From Bacillus subtilis subsp. subtilis str. 168 (GTDB lineage Bacteria; Bacillota; Bacilli; Bacillales; Bacillaceae), in the NCBI RefSeq assembly GCF_000009045.1, contig NC_000964.3, forward strand, positions 2,852,001 to 2,916,000: a stretch of DNA of 64,000 nt, in the 5' to 3' direction. Below are positions 22,202-34,314 of the stretch, piece after piece. The notes below the pieces were generated by a model, which saw only the letters and a list, made by a program, of their open reading frames with translations, did no database searches and had not been told where the DNA came from. The position numbers and the translations under genes were made by a program. Within the stretch, counting starts at the first letter, position 1. The number at the start of each line of letters is the position of its first letter.

Positions 22202-23176
22202 TTACTCCGCAAGCCATTTCGCTGCGTCTTTCGCATGATACGTAATAATCAGGTCGGCACCCGCGCGCTTCATGCTTGTCAAAATTTCCAACACAATTTC
22301 TTTTTCTTTGATCCAGCCGTTCTGCGCTGCAGCCTTCACCATTGAATACTCTCCGCTTACATTATAAGCGACGAGCGGCAAAGTAAACTCATTTTTTACG
22401 TCACGCATGATATCCATATAAGAAAGCGAAGGTTTGACAATCAAAAAGTCCGCGCCTTCCTCAACATCTGATTGTGCTTCGCGGAGTGCCTCCATACGGT
22501 TGGCAGGGTCCATCTGATATGTTTTGCGGTCTCCGAATTGCGGTGTGCTGTTTGCTGCATCACGGAACGGACCGTAAAACTCACTTGAATATTTAACAGC
22601 GTAAGACATGATGGGAATATTGACGAATCCTTCTTTATCAAGTGCTTCTCTGATCACTGTAACAAATCCGTCCATCATGTTTGATGGCGCAATGATATCC
22701 GCACCTGCTTTCGCTTGGCTGACAGCTGTCTGCGCCAAAAGCTCCAGCGATTCATCATTGAGAATGACTCCGTCTTTGACAAGTCCGCAATGGCCGTGGT
22801 CTGTATATTCGCACAGGCACGTGTCAGCGACAACAACCATTTCAGGGAAGTGTTCTTTAATTTCTGTGATGGCTTTTTGGACAATTCCGTGATCATGGTA
22901 CGCTTGTGTTCCGCAATCATCTTTTTCTTCCGGGATGCCGAACACGATAACAGATTGAATGCCCAGTTTGACCAGCTCCGCTACTTCATCCTTCAATAAA
23001 TCTAATGATACATGGTGAACATCAGGCATTGACGGAACAGCTTTTTTGCCTTCCAGCCCTTCAACGACAAAAATCGGATATATAAAATCTGATGGATGCA
23101 AACGTGTTTCCTTTACCATTTCTCTCATTGCTTTTGATGTCCGCAGGCGGCGGTGTCTATTAAATGATTGACTCAT
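22202..23176 (-). CDS. hemB: porphobilinogen synthase (ALA dehydratase)
   Basis: [14 protein letters not shown] zinc site, MSYAVKY, IVKP; start MSQSF. Confidence 0.99.
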   Translation of the reverse strand: MSQSFNRHRRLRTSKAMREMVKETRLHPSDFIYPIFVVEGLEGKKAVPSMPDVHHVSLDLLKDEVAELVKLGIQSVIVFGIPEEKDDCGTQAYHDHGIVQKAITEIKEHFPEMVVVADTCLCEYTDHGHCGLVKDGVILNDESLELLAQTAVSQAKAGADIIAPSNMMDGFVTVIREALDKEGFVNIPIMSYAVKYSSEFYGPFRDAANSTPQFGDRKTYQMDPANRMEALREAQSDVEEGADFLIVKPSLSYMDIMRDVKNEFTLPLVAYNVSGEYSMVKAAAQNGWIKEKEIVLEILTSMKRAGADLIITYHAKDAAKWLAE

Positions 23177-23961
23177 ATTCTCTCTTCCTCTCTTGACATG
23201 CTGCACATTAACTCAAGCATGCCATCTATTGTAAATGTATCAGGCGTATGCGATGTGATGCCGTACGTCAGAAGGGCATCATTTGTTAAAGGCCCAATGC
23301 TGATACAGGCCGTCCCATTCGCCTTCCACTTTTTTAATTCTTCTCCCAAGACATGCATAAACGTATGTACGGTTGATGAACTCGTAAATGTTACATAGTC
23401 AAAGGAATATTGACCCGCAGCGTCTTTCAATGCCTCAATGCCTTCTTCATCCGGAATCGTTTCGTAGAGAACCCATTCCTTTACTTCAAAACCGAGCGGG
23501 ACAAGCTCTTGTTTTATCACATCACGTGACAAATTCCCTTTCATCACGGTAATGGTCTCCCCCGGTTCAGCATGCTGCTTAAGAGCGTCAGCCAATTGTT
23601 CAGCAATATACTCCTGTGGCATCACATCAACCGATACGTTATGCATTTTTAAACGGCGCGCGGTTTTTTCACCGACGGCTGCAATTTTTTTATGCGCAGG
23701 GAGAATAAGCTGATTTTCCTTCAGATAAGAAAAAAAGAAGTCTGCCCCGTTCACACTTGTAAAAACAAGCCAGCCTGGCGCGGCAAGATCCTCTCTTACC
23801 TGTTCCGCAACATCATTCGGCAAAGCGCGGCGAAACGTAATCAAAGAGGTTAAAACCGCTTTACCGCCAAGCGCCTCCACTTTTTGCTGAAATGATGCTG
23901 CCTGTGCCTTATTCCGGGTGACAAGCACTGTTTTTCCTTTCAACGGAAAATCATTTTCCAT
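23173..23961 (-). CDS. hemD: uroporphyrinogen-III synthase
   Basis: VLVTR, FTSVNG, VGEKTA, FTSSSTV; operon position. Confidence 0.96.
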
Positions 23962-24895
23962 CCTCGTCAAGCTCCCGTTTTACACGATCAATTAAATCTT
24001 TTGCTCCTTTGTCAGCCATAAGAGCGGCACAGCGCTTTCCTACTTCCTCCGGATCGTTTCCGGTGACGGTTTCTTTAAAAATGATTTTGCCGTCAGGTGA
24101 AGCGACAAGACCTGTCATTTCAATTTCATCCTGTCCATTTAACACGGAGTAGCCCGCGATCGGAACCTGGCAGCCGCCCTCCATCGCGTTTAAAAAAGCA
24201 CGTTCCGCTAAGACAGTCCGTTTTGTATATTCATCTGTAAACTGAGAAAACAACGCCAACAGCTCTTCATCCGATTCTCGGCACTCAATCGCCAGGGCTC
24301 CCTGCCCCACAGCAGGCAAACAGCGCTCAGGCTCAAGGAATTCGGTTACGACATCTTGCTTCCAACCCATTCTGGAAAGGCCGGCAGCCGCTAAAATAAT
24401 TGCGTCATAATCCTCTGTTTCCAGCTTTTGAAGTCTTGTATCTATATTACCTCTAATCCATTTAATTGTAAGGTCAGGGCGCTCAATCAAAAGCTGCGCG
24501 CTTCTTCTTAAACTGCTTGTGCCAATGACAGCACCTTTCTTCATTTCTGAAAGCTTTACGCGATTCTTTGAAATAAGGGCATCACGCGGGTCCTCCCGTT
24601 CAGGAATACAGCCGATCACAAGGCCTTCAGGCAAAACAGCAGGCATGTCCTTCATGCTGTGCACTGCCATATCAATCTCTTCGTTTAAAAGCGCCTGTTC
24701 AATTTCTTTGACAAAAAGCCCTTTTCCACCCACTTTTGAGAGTGTAACATCGACAATCCGGTCGCCCTTTGTCACGATCTCTTTAATTTCAAAAGCAAAC
24801 GAAGGATTGATTTCCTTCAGTTTTTGAATAACCCATTTTGTTTGAGTCATAGCGAGTTTGCTCCGTCTGGAACCTACTTTAATCGTTCTCATCAT
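23951..24895 (-). CDS. hemC: hydroxymethylbilane synthase
   Basis: [31 protein letters not shown]. Confidence 0.99.
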   Translation of the reverse strand: MMRTIKVGSRRSKLAMTQTKWVIQKLKEINPSFAFEIKEIVTKGDRIVDVTLSKVGGKGLFVKEIEQALLNEEIDMAVHSMKDMPAVLPEGLVIGCIPEREDPRDALISKNRVKLSEMKKGAVIGTSSLRRSAQLLIERPDLTIKWIRGNIDTRLQKLETEDYDAIILAAAGLSRMGWKQDVVTEFLEPERCLPAVGQGALAIECRESDEELLALFSQFTDEYTKRTVLAERAFLNAMEGGCQVPIAGYSVLNGQDEIEMTGLVASPDGKIIFKETVTGNDPEEVGKRCAALMADKGAKDLIDRVKRELDEDGK

Positions 24896-24927
24896 TTCTT
24901 TCCTCCCGAATCTGCTTGGGACATCGT

Positions 24928-25758
24928 TTAACTGAACCAATGGAATTGCGACAGGCTTCCAAGCAGGAAATAATTGATCATCAGCACCAGAAAACAAGCC
25001 GTATTCCACAGTGCAGCGACCTTTCCTTGCAGCTCCTTAATCAGCCTGATATAAAGATAATAGCTGTACAGCAGCAGGACGACAAACGAACCAAGCACTT
25101 TGGCGTCAAACCAATACAGCGTTTCTAGTGAGACATACGCCCAAATGACGCCGAGAATCAAACTCAGCAGCAGCATCGGAACCCCAATGACATTTAAAAC
25201 ATACGCCATATAATCAAGCTTAGATAAATCTTCTATTCTCAACAGCCATTTTCCCCACTTTTTCTTTTTCAGCAGATGATATTGAAACATATATAGCACA
25301 GAAAAAACGAAAGAAAGGGAAAAAGCGCCGTATGAAAGAATCGCCATTGTAATATGAATCACCAAAAGCTCGGATACAAGCTGCCCGGAAAAAGCAGCTG
25401 ACTGCTGCTCTGTCGGTGAAAATGTGTGAATGGCGATCATAGAAAATCCTATAACATTTGTAAAAAACACGATAAAGTCAACACGTAAAAGCTTTGTCAG
25501 TACAAGTGACAGCGTGACAAGCACCCAGGCATAAAAATAAAGTGCCTCTGTCACATTTAATACCGGAAACCGCCCCGTCACCCACATAAAATAGGCCAAA
25601 TACACGGTTTGCAGAGTCCAGACAATAGAAAGCAACCAGAAGGCCATTTTTCCAGCCTTCCGGTTGTGTTGAAGAAAATCTATAAAATAAAAGAGTACAC
25701 TTAACGCGTAAATGACGATTGTCCCCTCATTAAGTCTTGCCATTGCAGTATCAATCAT
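24928..25758 (-). CDS. hemX: HemX membrane protein (CcsA/cytochrome c assembly family), negative effector of HemA
   Basis: 8 TM-like segments, WFDAK WWD-like motif. Confidence 0.93.
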   Translation of the reverse strand: MIDTAMARLNEGTIVIYALSVLFYFIDFLQHNRKAGKMAFWLLSIVWTLQTVYLAYFMWVTGRFPVLNVTEALYFYAWVLVTLSLVLTKLLRVDFIVFFTNVIGFSMIAIHTFSPTEQQSAAFSGQLVSELLVIHITMAILSYGAFSLSFVFSVLYMFQYHLLKKKKWGKWLLRIEDLSKLDYMAYVLNVIGVPMLLLSLILGVIWAYVSLETLYWFDAKVLGSFVVLLLYSYYLYIRLIKELQGKVAALWNTACFLVLMINYFLLGSLSQFHWFS

Positions 25759-25765
25759 TCAGCTT

Positions 25766-27133
25766 TCACTCACTTACAAGTGGGCTAAAGCCCGCTTTTG
25801 ATTCAGCCTTCTTAAAAGAGTGGACCTTCTGGCTGCTTTCAACGGTTTTCATCATTTGACGGCCCGCAGCTTCTTCAATATCAAAAATCTGCATAAACAA
25901 CGCGAGCTTTTCTTCAGAATCAGCATCTGCCGCAAGCTCTTTCACCTTTAAAATCGGATCACGAAGCATTTGGTTAATAATACTTTTGGTGTGTTTGTTC
26001 AACAGTTTTTTCTCTCTTGTGCTTAAGTGAGGCAGCTTACGCTCAATGCTGTCCATCGTTTCTGACTGGATGGCAAGCGCCTTTTCGCGCAATGCAGAAA
26101 TAACAGGCACAACACCAAGTGTATTCATCCATTGTTTAAATTCCACAATGGTTTCTTCAATTAACAGTTCAACTTTTTCAGCTGTTTCTCTCCGCTCTTT
26201 CATGTTCGCTTCTACAATGCCTTCCAGATCGTCGATATCATAAAGAAAAACACCTTCAAGATCATTCAGCGCCGGATCAAGATCTCTAGGCACGGCAATG
26301 TCGACCATAAACAGCGGACGTCCCTTGCGAAGCTTATTCGCGTTTTCCATCATCTCTTTGGACACGACAAATTCACTTGCACCGGTTGAACTGATTAAAA
26401 TATCAGCCTCCGCAAGCGCGCTTTCAAGCTGATTCAAGCTTCTCGCTTCACCTGAAAAACGGTCTGCAAGCTCCTTCGCTTTCAAGTATGTTCGGTTAAT
26501 GACAGTGACCTTGCCGATTCCCTGTCCGTGCAGGTTTTCCGCAGCAAGCTCGCCCATTTTTCCCGCACCGAGAATCAATATGTGCTTGCTTGAAAGATTT
26601 CCGAAGATTTTTTTGGCAAGTTCAACTGCAGCATAGCTTACTGACACCGCATTTGAGCCAATGTCTGTTTCGGCGTGAGTCCGTTTGCCCACTGTAACTG
26701 CCTGCTTAAACAGCTCATTAAAAATAGTCCCGATCGTTTTTTCTTGCTGAGCTGTTTTAAAGCTGTCGCGTACCTGTCCGAGAATCTGCGTTTCGCCAAT
26801 CACCATAGAATCAAGTCCGCAGGCTACACGGAATAAATGCTCAACAGCGGCATCGCTCTCATAAAACGTTAAGAACGGTGACAGCTCTTCTTTGCTTAAT
26901 TGAAACCAATCAGCTAAAAACTTTTTTATATAATAACGGCCGGTATGAAGCTGGTCGACTACCGCATAAATTTCAGTGCGGTTGCAGGTTGAGACAATGA
27001 TGTTTTCAAGAATGCTTTTCTCTTCTTTCAGCTGCACCATTGCTTCTGCCAGCTCATTCGGCTGAAAACTTACTTTTTCACGTATCTCAATAGGGGCGGA
27101 TTTATAATCTACTCCCACAACAAGTATATGCAT
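25766..27133 (-). CDS. hemA: glutamyl-tRNA reductase
   Basis: [28 protein letters not shown]; start MHILVVG at 27133. Confidence 0.99.
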   Translation of the reverse strand: MHILVVGVDYKSAPIEIREKVSFQPNELAEAMVQLKEEKSILENIIVSTCNRTEIYAVVDQLHTGRYYIKKFLADWFQLSKEELSPFLTFYESDAAVEHLFRVACGLDSMVIGETQILGQVRDSFKTAQQEKTIGTIFNELFKQAVTVGKRTHAETDIGSNAVSVSYAAVELAKKIFGNLSSKHILILGAGKMGELAAENLHGQGIGKVTVINRTYLKAKELADRFSGEARSLNQLESALAEADILISSTGASEFVVSKEMMENANKLRKGRPLFMVDIAVPRDLDPALNDLEGVFLYDIDDLEGIVEANMKERRETAEKVELLIEETIVEFKQWMNTLGVVPVISALREKALAIQSETMDSIERKLPHLSTREKKLLNKHTKSIINQMLRDPILKVKELAADADSEEKLALFMQIFDIEEAAGRQMMKTVESSQKVHSFKKAESKAGFSPLVSE

Positions 27134-27167
27134 CGCTCTAATTACACCCCCAACACCCAATCTTAAT

Positions 27168-27212
27168 TTATAATCATTCTAACATAGAACTCATTATTTA
27201 TAATAATTATAA
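27168..27212. promoter_or_regulatory. two PerR boxes upstream of hemA
   Basis: TTATAATCATTCTAA (27168-27182) and perfect TTATAATAATTATAA (27198-27212) vs consensus TTATAATnATTATAA. Confidence 0.85.
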
Positions 27213-27362
27213 CATAGTTTCTTTCACAAAATGTGAACAGATTTTAAAATTCTTATGCTATATTAGAAAAAGCTTCAGGGAAAAGAAGCATTCCTATTGA
27301 CAATACCAAAAACAGCAGAAATTTACTACACATCAGCTCTAAAAAACAAGAAGGTGATATGC

Positions 27363-27860
27363 ATGAAACAAAAATCAATTTTATTCCCTTGTCTGCTGCT
27401 TGCCGCTTCTGTATATGCATGGCTAGAAAGCGGCCAAGCCGAACTGTTTTCAGGGCAGGATCAATGGCCTGTTCTCCTCATGCTGTTAGGCGCAGCCTTT
27501 GTATATCAAGGAAAAAAAGAAGCCGTCACACCCCATTTTTTTATCGGTTTGCTTCTCTTCGGGATCGGTTTACACTTTTTTGCCAAGCCGAAATGGGTAT
27601 GGTGGCCGGATGATTTTGAAATGCTCCTCTTTATGATCGGCTTCTCACTTCTCGTTTCAACCGTTCAAAAAAAAGAATATGTATATGAAGCTGTGTCGAT
27701 GATTTGTTTTTCCCTGTTTTTGTACTTTTTCAAACAAATTATGGCATGGCTTGAGTCTGCGCATATTCCAACAGCGCTTCTGAAGGAGTATTGGCCGTTT
27801 GTCTTTATTGGAATCAGTTTATTGTTATTATTGATAAAACGAAAAAAATCTATACGATAA
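27363..27860 (+). CDS. ysxD: multi-pass membrane protein of unknown function
   Basis: SD AAGGTGA; about 6 hydrophobic segments; divergent from hemA. Confidence 0.85.
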   Translation: MKQKSILFPCLLLAASVYAWLESGQAELFSGQDQWPVLLMLLGAAFVYQGKKEAVTPHFFIGLLLFGIGLHFFAKPKWVWWPDDFEMLLFMIGFSLLVSTVQKKEYVYEAVSMICFSLFLYFFKQIMAWLESAHIPTALLKEYWPFVFIGISLLLLLIKRKKSIR

Positions 27861-27863
27861 ATA

Positions 27864-27891
27864 AAACCGGTAGAGGATCCTCTACCGGTTT
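27864..27891. terminator. hairpin/bidirectional terminator between convergent ysxD and engB
   Basis: 28-bp perfect palindrome AAACCGGTAGAGGATCCTCTACCGGTTT. Confidence 0.7.
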
Positions 27892-28469
27892 ATCATTTTT
27901 TTGATCGCTCCCCAAGCTTCGTCTTTTCCCTTTTTCGTTTCTGAAGAAAAGAGGATCAGCTCGTCTTCCGGATCAATATTTAATGTTTGTCGGACAACCT
28001 TCGCGTGTTTGTCCCATTTACCTTTCGGGATCTTATCCGCCTTTGTAGCGATAACAATAACAGGAATGCCGTAATACTTTAAAAATTCATACATCTGTAC
28101 ATCATCATTAGATGGCGCATGCCGCAAATCAACGATCTGCACCACAGCTTTTAATTCCTCGCGTGTCGTGATATAGGTTTCAATCATTCTGCCCCATGCT
28201 TCACGCTCAGACTTTGACACTTTGGCAAAACCGTAGCCCGGCACATCCACAAAATGCAGCTCATCATTGATAATGTAGAAATTAAGCGTTTGTGTTTTTC
28301 CCGGCTTTGATGACGTTCTCGCAAGATTTTTGCGATTGATTAATGAATTGATAAAAGACGATTTTCCTACGTTCGATCTTCCGGCCAATGCGATTTCCGG
28401 AAGCCCCCCTTCAGGGTACTGTTCCGGTTTTACTGCACTGATCACGATTTCTGACTTTGTGACTTTCAT
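27882..28469 (-). CDS. engB: ribosome biogenesis GTPase YsxC/EngB
   Basis: [19 protein letters not shown]; ATGA overlap with lonA. Confidence 0.98.
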
Positions 28470-30790
28470 TTCTTCTCTCCTACTAAGGCATGTTCCAAAA
28501 CCTCGTCTAAGTGGGACGCCAATATAAATGTCAGCCCCTCCCTGACGCTTTCCGGAATATCCTCTATATCTTTTTCATTATCTTTAGGCGCAATAATGGT
28601 CGTTAATCCCGCTCTATGTGCGCCAAGCGCTTTTTCCTTTAAGCCGCCGATCGGCAGCACGCGCCCGCGAAGCGTGATTTCCCCAGTCATGCCGACTTCA
28701 CGCGAAACCGCCCGTCCCGTTAAAGCAGAAACAAGCGCTGTTGCCATCGTAATACCGGCTGACGGACCATCTTTTGGCACCGCACCCTCTGGTACATGTA
28801 TATGAATATCATACTTCTCATGAAAGTCAGGTTCAATGCCAAGTTCTTCTGTTTTGGATCGCACATAGCTGAATGCAGCCTGAGCAGACTCTCTCATAAC
28901 ATCTCCGAGCTTTCCTGTCAGGATTAATTTCCCTTTTCCCGGTGAAAGCGATACTTCAATCGAAAGCGTATCTCCGCCAACGGTTGTATACGCAAGCCCT
29001 GTCACTACACCAACTTGATCCTCTGTTTCAGCTTGTCCATATCTGAAAATGCGTTTTCCGATAAAATCTTGAAGGTTCTTCTCAGTAACCGTAATTCGTT
29101 TTCGCTCTTCAGCAACAATGGCTTTTGCAGCTTTACGGCAAATTGCGGCAAGCTGGCGTTCAAGGCTTCTTACACCCGCTTCTCTCGTATAGTAACGAAT
29201 AATATCAAGAATCGCCTGATCACGCAGCTGAAGATTGCTTTTCTTCAGCCCGTGTTCTTTGATTTGCTTTGGAAGCAAGTGATCCTTTACAATTTCAAGT
29301 TTTTCTATTTCTGTGTAGCCTGCGATATTAATAATTTCCATTCTGTCTCTGAGCGGGCCCGGGATTGTGGCCAAATTGTTCGCCGTTGCGATAAACAGCA
29401 CTTTGGATAAATCAAAGGTTTCTTCAATATAGTGATCACTGAAGCTGCTGTTTTGCTCTGGATCAAGCACTTCAAGCATAGCGGATGATGGGTCTCCTCT
29501 AAAATCAGATGACATTTTGTCAATTTCGTCTAATAAGAAGACCGGATTCAGCTTGCCCGCTTTTTTCATCCCTTGAATAATACGTCCAGGCATTGCTCCG
29601 ACATAGGTCCGTCTGTGTCCGCGTATCTCTGATTCATCCCGAACTCCTCCGAGTGAGATTCTGACGAATTTGCGTCCCAAGCTTTTTGCAATTGATTTGG
29701 CTAAAGACGTTTTTCCGACACCTGGAGGTCCTGCCAAACAGAGAATCGGGCCTTTCAGGGATTTTGTCAGCTTCTGGACAGCCAAATATTCTAAAATACG
29801 TTCTTTTACTTTTTCAAGCCCGTGGTGCTCTTCGTCCAAGAGACGTCCTGCTTCTTTCAAATCAAGCTTATCATCTGTTTCATCCGTCCACGGAAGAGCA
29901 ACCAGCCAGTCGATATAGTTGCGGATCACAGAGCTTTCCGCAGAACTTGACGGAATTTTTTCATATCTGTTCAATTCTTTAAGCGCTGTTTCTTTCACAT
30001 GATCAGGCATGCCTGCTTCTTCGATTTTTTCCGTCAGCGTCTGAACTTCGCCAGTTTTGCCTTCTTTATCGCCAAGCTCTTTTTGGATCGCCTTCATTTG
30101 TTCACGCAAGTAGTATTCCTTCTGCGTACGCTCCATCGAACGTTTGACGCGCTGGCCGATTTTTTTCTCAATCTCCAGCACTTCTTTTTCATTATTAATA
30201 AAATCAATGACCTTGTTCAGCCTGTCTTTGACATCAGCCGTTTCTAAAATATCCTGCTTATCCTTTAGTTTAAGGGGCAGATGAGAAGCAACGATGTCTG
30301 CCATTCTCCCCGGCTCTTCGATATCAGTAACCGCAGCGTACGTTTCGGCCGAGATTTTTTTAGAAATTTTTATGTACTGATCAAAGTGGTCTAGCAAAGT
30401 CCGCATCAATGCTTCGTCTTCTGTATCTTTTGAATCATCTTCATGAATAAGTTGAATGTCAACCGACGTGTAATCCTCGTGTTCATTGTATTTGACGATA
30501 TGGGCGCGCTTGAGGCCCTCCACCAACACACGAATCGTACCGTTCGGAAGCTTCAGCATTTGCTTAATTTTTGTATAGGTGCCGACAGTGAAAATCTCGT
30601 CTTCACCAGGTTCGTCTATCGAAATATCCTGCTGAGTGGCTAAAAATATCATATGATCATGCATCATTGCCTGTTCAAGAGCCTGAACCGACTTGTCACG
30701 TCCTACATCTAAATGCAAAACCATCGTCGGGTACACTAATAAACCTCTTAAAGGGAGGAGCGGGATGCTGCGTTTTAATTCTTCTGCCAT
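28466..30790 (-). CDS. lonA: ATP-dependent Lon protease
   Basis: N-domain, [16 protein letters not shown] catalytic Ser. Confidence 0.99.
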   Translation of the reverse strand: MAEELKRSIPLLPLRGLLVYPTMVLHLDVGRDKSVQALEQAMMHDHMIFLATQQDISIDEPGEDEIFTVGTYTKIKQMLKLPNGTIRVLVEGLKRAHIVKYNEHEDYTSVDIQLIHEDDSKDTEDEALMRTLLDHFDQYIKISKKISAETYAAVTDIEEPGRMADIVASHLPLKLKDKQDILETADVKDRLNKVIDFINNEKEVLEIEKKIGQRVKRSMERTQKEYYLREQMKAIQKELGDKEGKTGEVQTLTEKIEEAGMPDHVKETALKELNRYEKIPSSSAESSVIRNYIDWLVALPWTDETDDKLDLKEAGRLLDEEHHGLEKVKERILEYLAVQKLTKSLKGPILCLAGPPGVGKTSLAKSIAKSLGRKFVRISLGGVRDESEIRGHRRTYVGAMPGRIIQGMKKAGKLNPVFLLDEIDKMSSDFRGDPSSAMLEVLDPEQNSSFSDHYIEETFDLSKVLFIATANNLATIPGPLRDRMEIINIAGYTEIEKLEIVKDHLLPKQIKEHGLKKSNLQLRDQAILDIIRYYTREAGVRSLERQLAAICRKAAKAIVAEERKRITVTEKNLQDFIGKRIFRYGQAETEDQVGVVTGLAYTTVGGDTLSIEVSLSPGKGKLILTGKLGDVMRESAQAAFSYVRSKTEELGIEPDFHEKYDIHIHVPEGAVPKDGPSAGITMATALVSALTGRAVSREVGMTGEITLRGRVLPIGGLKEKALGAHRAGLTTIIAPKDNEKDIEDIPESVREGLTFILASHLDEVLEHALVGEKK

Positions 30791-30943
30791 GTGACTGACA
30801 CCTCCGTGACTTTAGTATGAACCATTATAATACAACTTTTTCATCCTTGTACAATAAACGGCATGGTTCCATTTTCTATAAAACAGTCTCCTCGTAGTAT
30901 ACCCTTTCTTTCTGATATGAAAAAGGAAAAGATGTCCTTCATG

Positions 30944-30972
30944 AAAAAAACCCTATTATCAAAATAGGGTTT
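30944..30972 (-). terminator. terminator after lonB
   Basis: AAACCCTATT-ttgat-AATAGGG-T7. Confidence 0.8.
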
Positions 30973-32629
30973 AAACGGATTCTTTATTGATTTCGATATG
31001 AAACGGTTTTTGTTCCGTTGGCGGATTCACCAAAATTTCATCAAGCACTTCTTGGAACGTCTTCACTGCAATAATCTCGATCCCGTCAATCTGCTTTAAG
31101 ATGGCCTGCTGATTTTCATATGGGATAATCACCTTTTTCGCACCGGACTGCTTGGCCGCTTTTATTTTCGGAATGACGCCTCCGATGGGTTTCACAAGAC
31201 CGTTCAGGCTGATTTCGCCCGTCATCGCAACGGTATTGTCAATAGGAATTTTGTGTATCGCCGAGAAAATCCCCGCCGCCATCGCAATGCCTGCTGACGG
31301 CCCATCAATCGGAATCCCTCCTGGGAAATTGATGTGAATATCATAATCAGAAGGCTTCATTCCCATTGTCCGGAGCACGGTTAATACATTTTCAACCGAA
31401 CCCTTCGCCATGCTTTTTCGCCTGATCGATTTTGATTGGCTGCCGATGCTTTCTTCTTCAGCTATTCCTGTGATGTTAATTGATCCTTTATCTTGAGCCG
31501 CGGTTACACTTACTTCGATTTCCAGAAGCGATCCGCTGTTAGGCCCATAGACTGCAAGCCCATTTACAATGCCAACCTGTGGTTCAACACCGATTTTTTG
31601 CTCGTGCTTTGGAGTAAGCTGACTGGAGTGAATGACCCATTCAATATCCTCAATCGTAATGTCCTTTCGATTCTCCGTTACAGCCATCCCCGCTGCGATT
31701 TGAATCATATTGACGGCTTCCCGCCCGTTCCGCGTGTAGCTGGTCAAAAGATCCAGTCCTTCTTCGGAGATATTTTTTTCAATTTTATCCGCTGCTGTTT
31801 TGGCAACCGTTTTCAGCTCGTCCTTTTCAAGCTCGCGGAAAAAAACCTCCAAACAGCGGGACCGGATAGCTGGCGGAATTTCGTTTGGCATTCTCGTGGT
31901 CGCGCCAATCAAGCGAAAATCAGCCGGCAGCCCATTTTGAAAAATATCATGAATATGATTCGGAATTTGTGTATTTTCCTCACTGTAATACGCACTGTCT
32001 AAAAAGACTTTTCTGTCCTCAAGCACCTTCAGCATTTTATTCATTTGAATAGGATGCAGCTCCCCTATTTCATCAATAAACAGCACACCGCCATGGGCAT
32101 GGGTGACAGCTCCCTGCTTCGGCTGCGGAATCCCAGCCTGTCCCATCGCTCCGGCCCCTTGGTATATCGGGTCATGGACAGAGCCGATGAGCGGATCGGC
32201 AATTCCTCTTTCATCAAAACGGGCTGTTGTCGCATCGAGTTCCACAAAGACAGCCTGCTCTTTAAACGGTGATTGTTTATGTTTTTTTGCTTCTTCCAAC
32301 ACAAGCCGCGCAGCAGCCGTTTTCCCAACTCCCGGTGGCCCATAGACAATCACATGCTGAGGATTTGGCCCGCATAAAGCCGCCTTTAATGCTTTAATGC
32401 CGTCTTCCTGTCCGACGATATCTTTAAAGCTTTTGGGGCGGACCTTCTCAGATAATGGCTCGGACAAGCTGATAGCGCGCATTTTCCGAAGCTGCTCCAT
32501 TTCCTTCTTTGATTCTTTATCTATCGTGACCTTTTGTGTCCTTTGATTTTTAAGCAAATTCCAAAAATACAAACCGATGATGATCCCAAAAAACAGCTGA
32601 ATAAATAACGCGATCCCTGTCCAACTCAT
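30971..32629 (-). CDS. lonB: forespore Lon-like protease LonB
   Basis: N-terminal [18 protein letters not shown]. Confidence 0.97.
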   Translation of the reverse strand: MSWTGIALFIQLFFGIIIGLYFWNLLKNQRTQKVTIDKESKKEMEQLRKMRAISLSEPLSEKVRPKSFKDIVGQEDGIKALKAALCGPNPQHVIVYGPPGVGKTAAARLVLEEAKKHKQSPFKEQAVFVELDATTARFDERGIADPLIGSVHDPIYQGAGAMGQAGIPQPKQGAVTHAHGGVLFIDEIGELHPIQMNKMLKVLEDRKVFLDSAYYSEENTQIPNHIHDIFQNGLPADFRLIGATTRMPNEIPPAIRSRCLEVFFRELEKDELKTVAKTAADKIEKNISEEGLDLLTSYTRNGREAVNMIQIAAGMAVTENRKDITIEDIEWVIHSSQLTPKHEQKIGVEPQVGIVNGLAVYGPNSGSLLEIEVSVTAAQDKGSINITGIAEEESIGSQSKSIRRKSMAKGSVENVLTVLRTMGMKPSDYDIHINFPGGIPIDGPSAGIAMAAGIFSAIHKIPIDNTVAMTGEISLNGLVKPIGGVIPKIKAAKQSGAKKVIIPYENQQAILKQIDGIEIIAVKTFQEVLDEILVNPPTEQKPFHIEINKESV

Positions 32630-32681
32630 GGTGGTCCCTCCTGAAAAACAATTTATGTATCCAATTCATTCCTCTGATTGC

Positions 32682-32711
32682 TAGTATCTCCCATAGAAGA
32701 CGGGAATAAAC
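32682..32711 (-). promoter_or_regulatory. sigmaF promoter of lonB
   Basis: GTTTA-N15-GGAGATACTA. Confidence 0.8.
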
Positions 32712-32734
32712 GTTTTTCCGGAAGAGTTGCATGC

Positions 32735-32770
32735 AAAAAAACCTCCTGAGTGTTACCACTCAGGAGGTTT
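32735..32770 (-). terminator. terminator after clpX
   Basis: AAACCTCCTGAG-tggtaaca-CTCAGGAGG-T7. Confidence 0.88.
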
Positions 32771-32780
32771 GTGCTTATCT

Positions 32781-34043
32781 TTATGCAGATGTTTTATCTT
32801 GGCTTACCTCAGTGCCGTCTTTTAATAAGAGGCGAGGAGGCTCTCCGTGTGTCACAGTTGCCCCGGTGATTACACATTTTTCAATGTCATCACGAGAAGG
32901 CAGCTCAAACATCACATCAAGCATGATGCCTTCAATGATAGAACGGAGTCCGCGTGCTCCAGTCTTGCGTTCAATTGCTTTTTTAGCAATTTCAGAAAGC
33001 GCTTCTTCTTCAAACTCAAGCTCAACGTTGTCAAGCTCAAGCATTTTCTTGAATTGCTTAACAAGAGCGTTTTTCGGTTTTGTTAAGATCGCAACCAATG
33101 CTTCTTCGTCAAGCTTTTCAAGGCTTGCAATAACCGGAAGACGTCCGATAAATTCAGGAATTAACCCGAAACGGAGCAAATCTTCTGGAAGCACTTTTGA
33201 AAGAAGATCTTCTTTCTCAAGATCAGCAGCTTTATTGTCGGCACCGAATCCAATCACTTTTTGGCCTAAACGGCGTTTGATGATTTGTTCGATACCATCG
33301 AAAGCTCCGCCGCAAATGAACAAAATATTTGTTGTGTCAATTTGAATGAATTCTTGATGAGGATGCTTACGTCCACCTTGAGGCGGTACGCTTGCCACTG
33401 TACCCTCAAGAATTTTAAGCAATGCCTGCTGTACACCCTCACCTGACACATCACGTGTGATAGACGGGTTTTCAGATTTTCTAGCCACTTTATCGATTTC
33501 ATCAATATAGATAATGCCTTTTTCGGCTTTTTCCACATCATAATCAGCAGCTTGGATGAGCTTCAAGAGAATATTCTCTACATCTTCACCCACGTATCCA
33601 GCTTCAGTCAAAGATGTAGCGTCCGCAATCGCAAACGGCACATTTAAAATGCGAGCCAATGTTTGCGCCAGAAGGGTTTTACCGCTTCCCGTAGGGCCGA
33701 TTAATGAAATATTACTTTTTGAAAGCTCAACATCATCAACTTTGCTGTTGGAGTTAATGCGCTTATAGTGGTTATACACAGCAACAGCAAGTGATTTCTT
33801 CGCTTGATCTTGGCCGATGACATATTCATTCAAAATTTCGCGAATTTCCTGAGGCTTTGGTACGTCTTTAAATTCTACTTCTTCTTCTGTTCCGAGTTCT
33901 TCCTCTACAATTTCAGTGCAGAGTTCGATACATTCGTCACATATATATACACCAGGTCCAGCTACAAGCTTACGAACCTGATCTTGTGTTTTTCCACAGA
34001 ACGAGCATTTTAATTGTCCTTTTTCCTCGTTAAATTTAAACAT
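32781..34043 (-). CDS. clpX: ClpX ATPase
   Basis: C4 zinc finger [19 protein letters not shown] loop; start MFKFNEE at 34043. Confidence 0.99.
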
Positions 34044-34314
34044 TCTTTCACCCCTTAATCTTGTCTCACTTTTTCTTTTACCGGCAGAGCAAAAGAAAAT
34101 GATTCTTGAAACGAACGAGTATGTATTGCATTTTACCATACTTTCCAAAAAGACGGTAACAATGTGTTTCTGACTTGCACATTCTATATGTATGACAAAA
34201 AACAGCCCTGCATTAACTATATTGCCCCAAGAAAAAGAGATAACTCATAATTGTACAAAACAAGGCACGAATGATTCGCGCCCTGTTTTATTAGTACTAT
34301 TATTATGCACCATA

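Noticed and set aside
30824-30854. TTGTAC...TATAAT lonA promoter candidate
   Set aside because: Spacing is 19 bp (or 16 to TATTAT); a promoter is likely but its elements could not be assigned confidently
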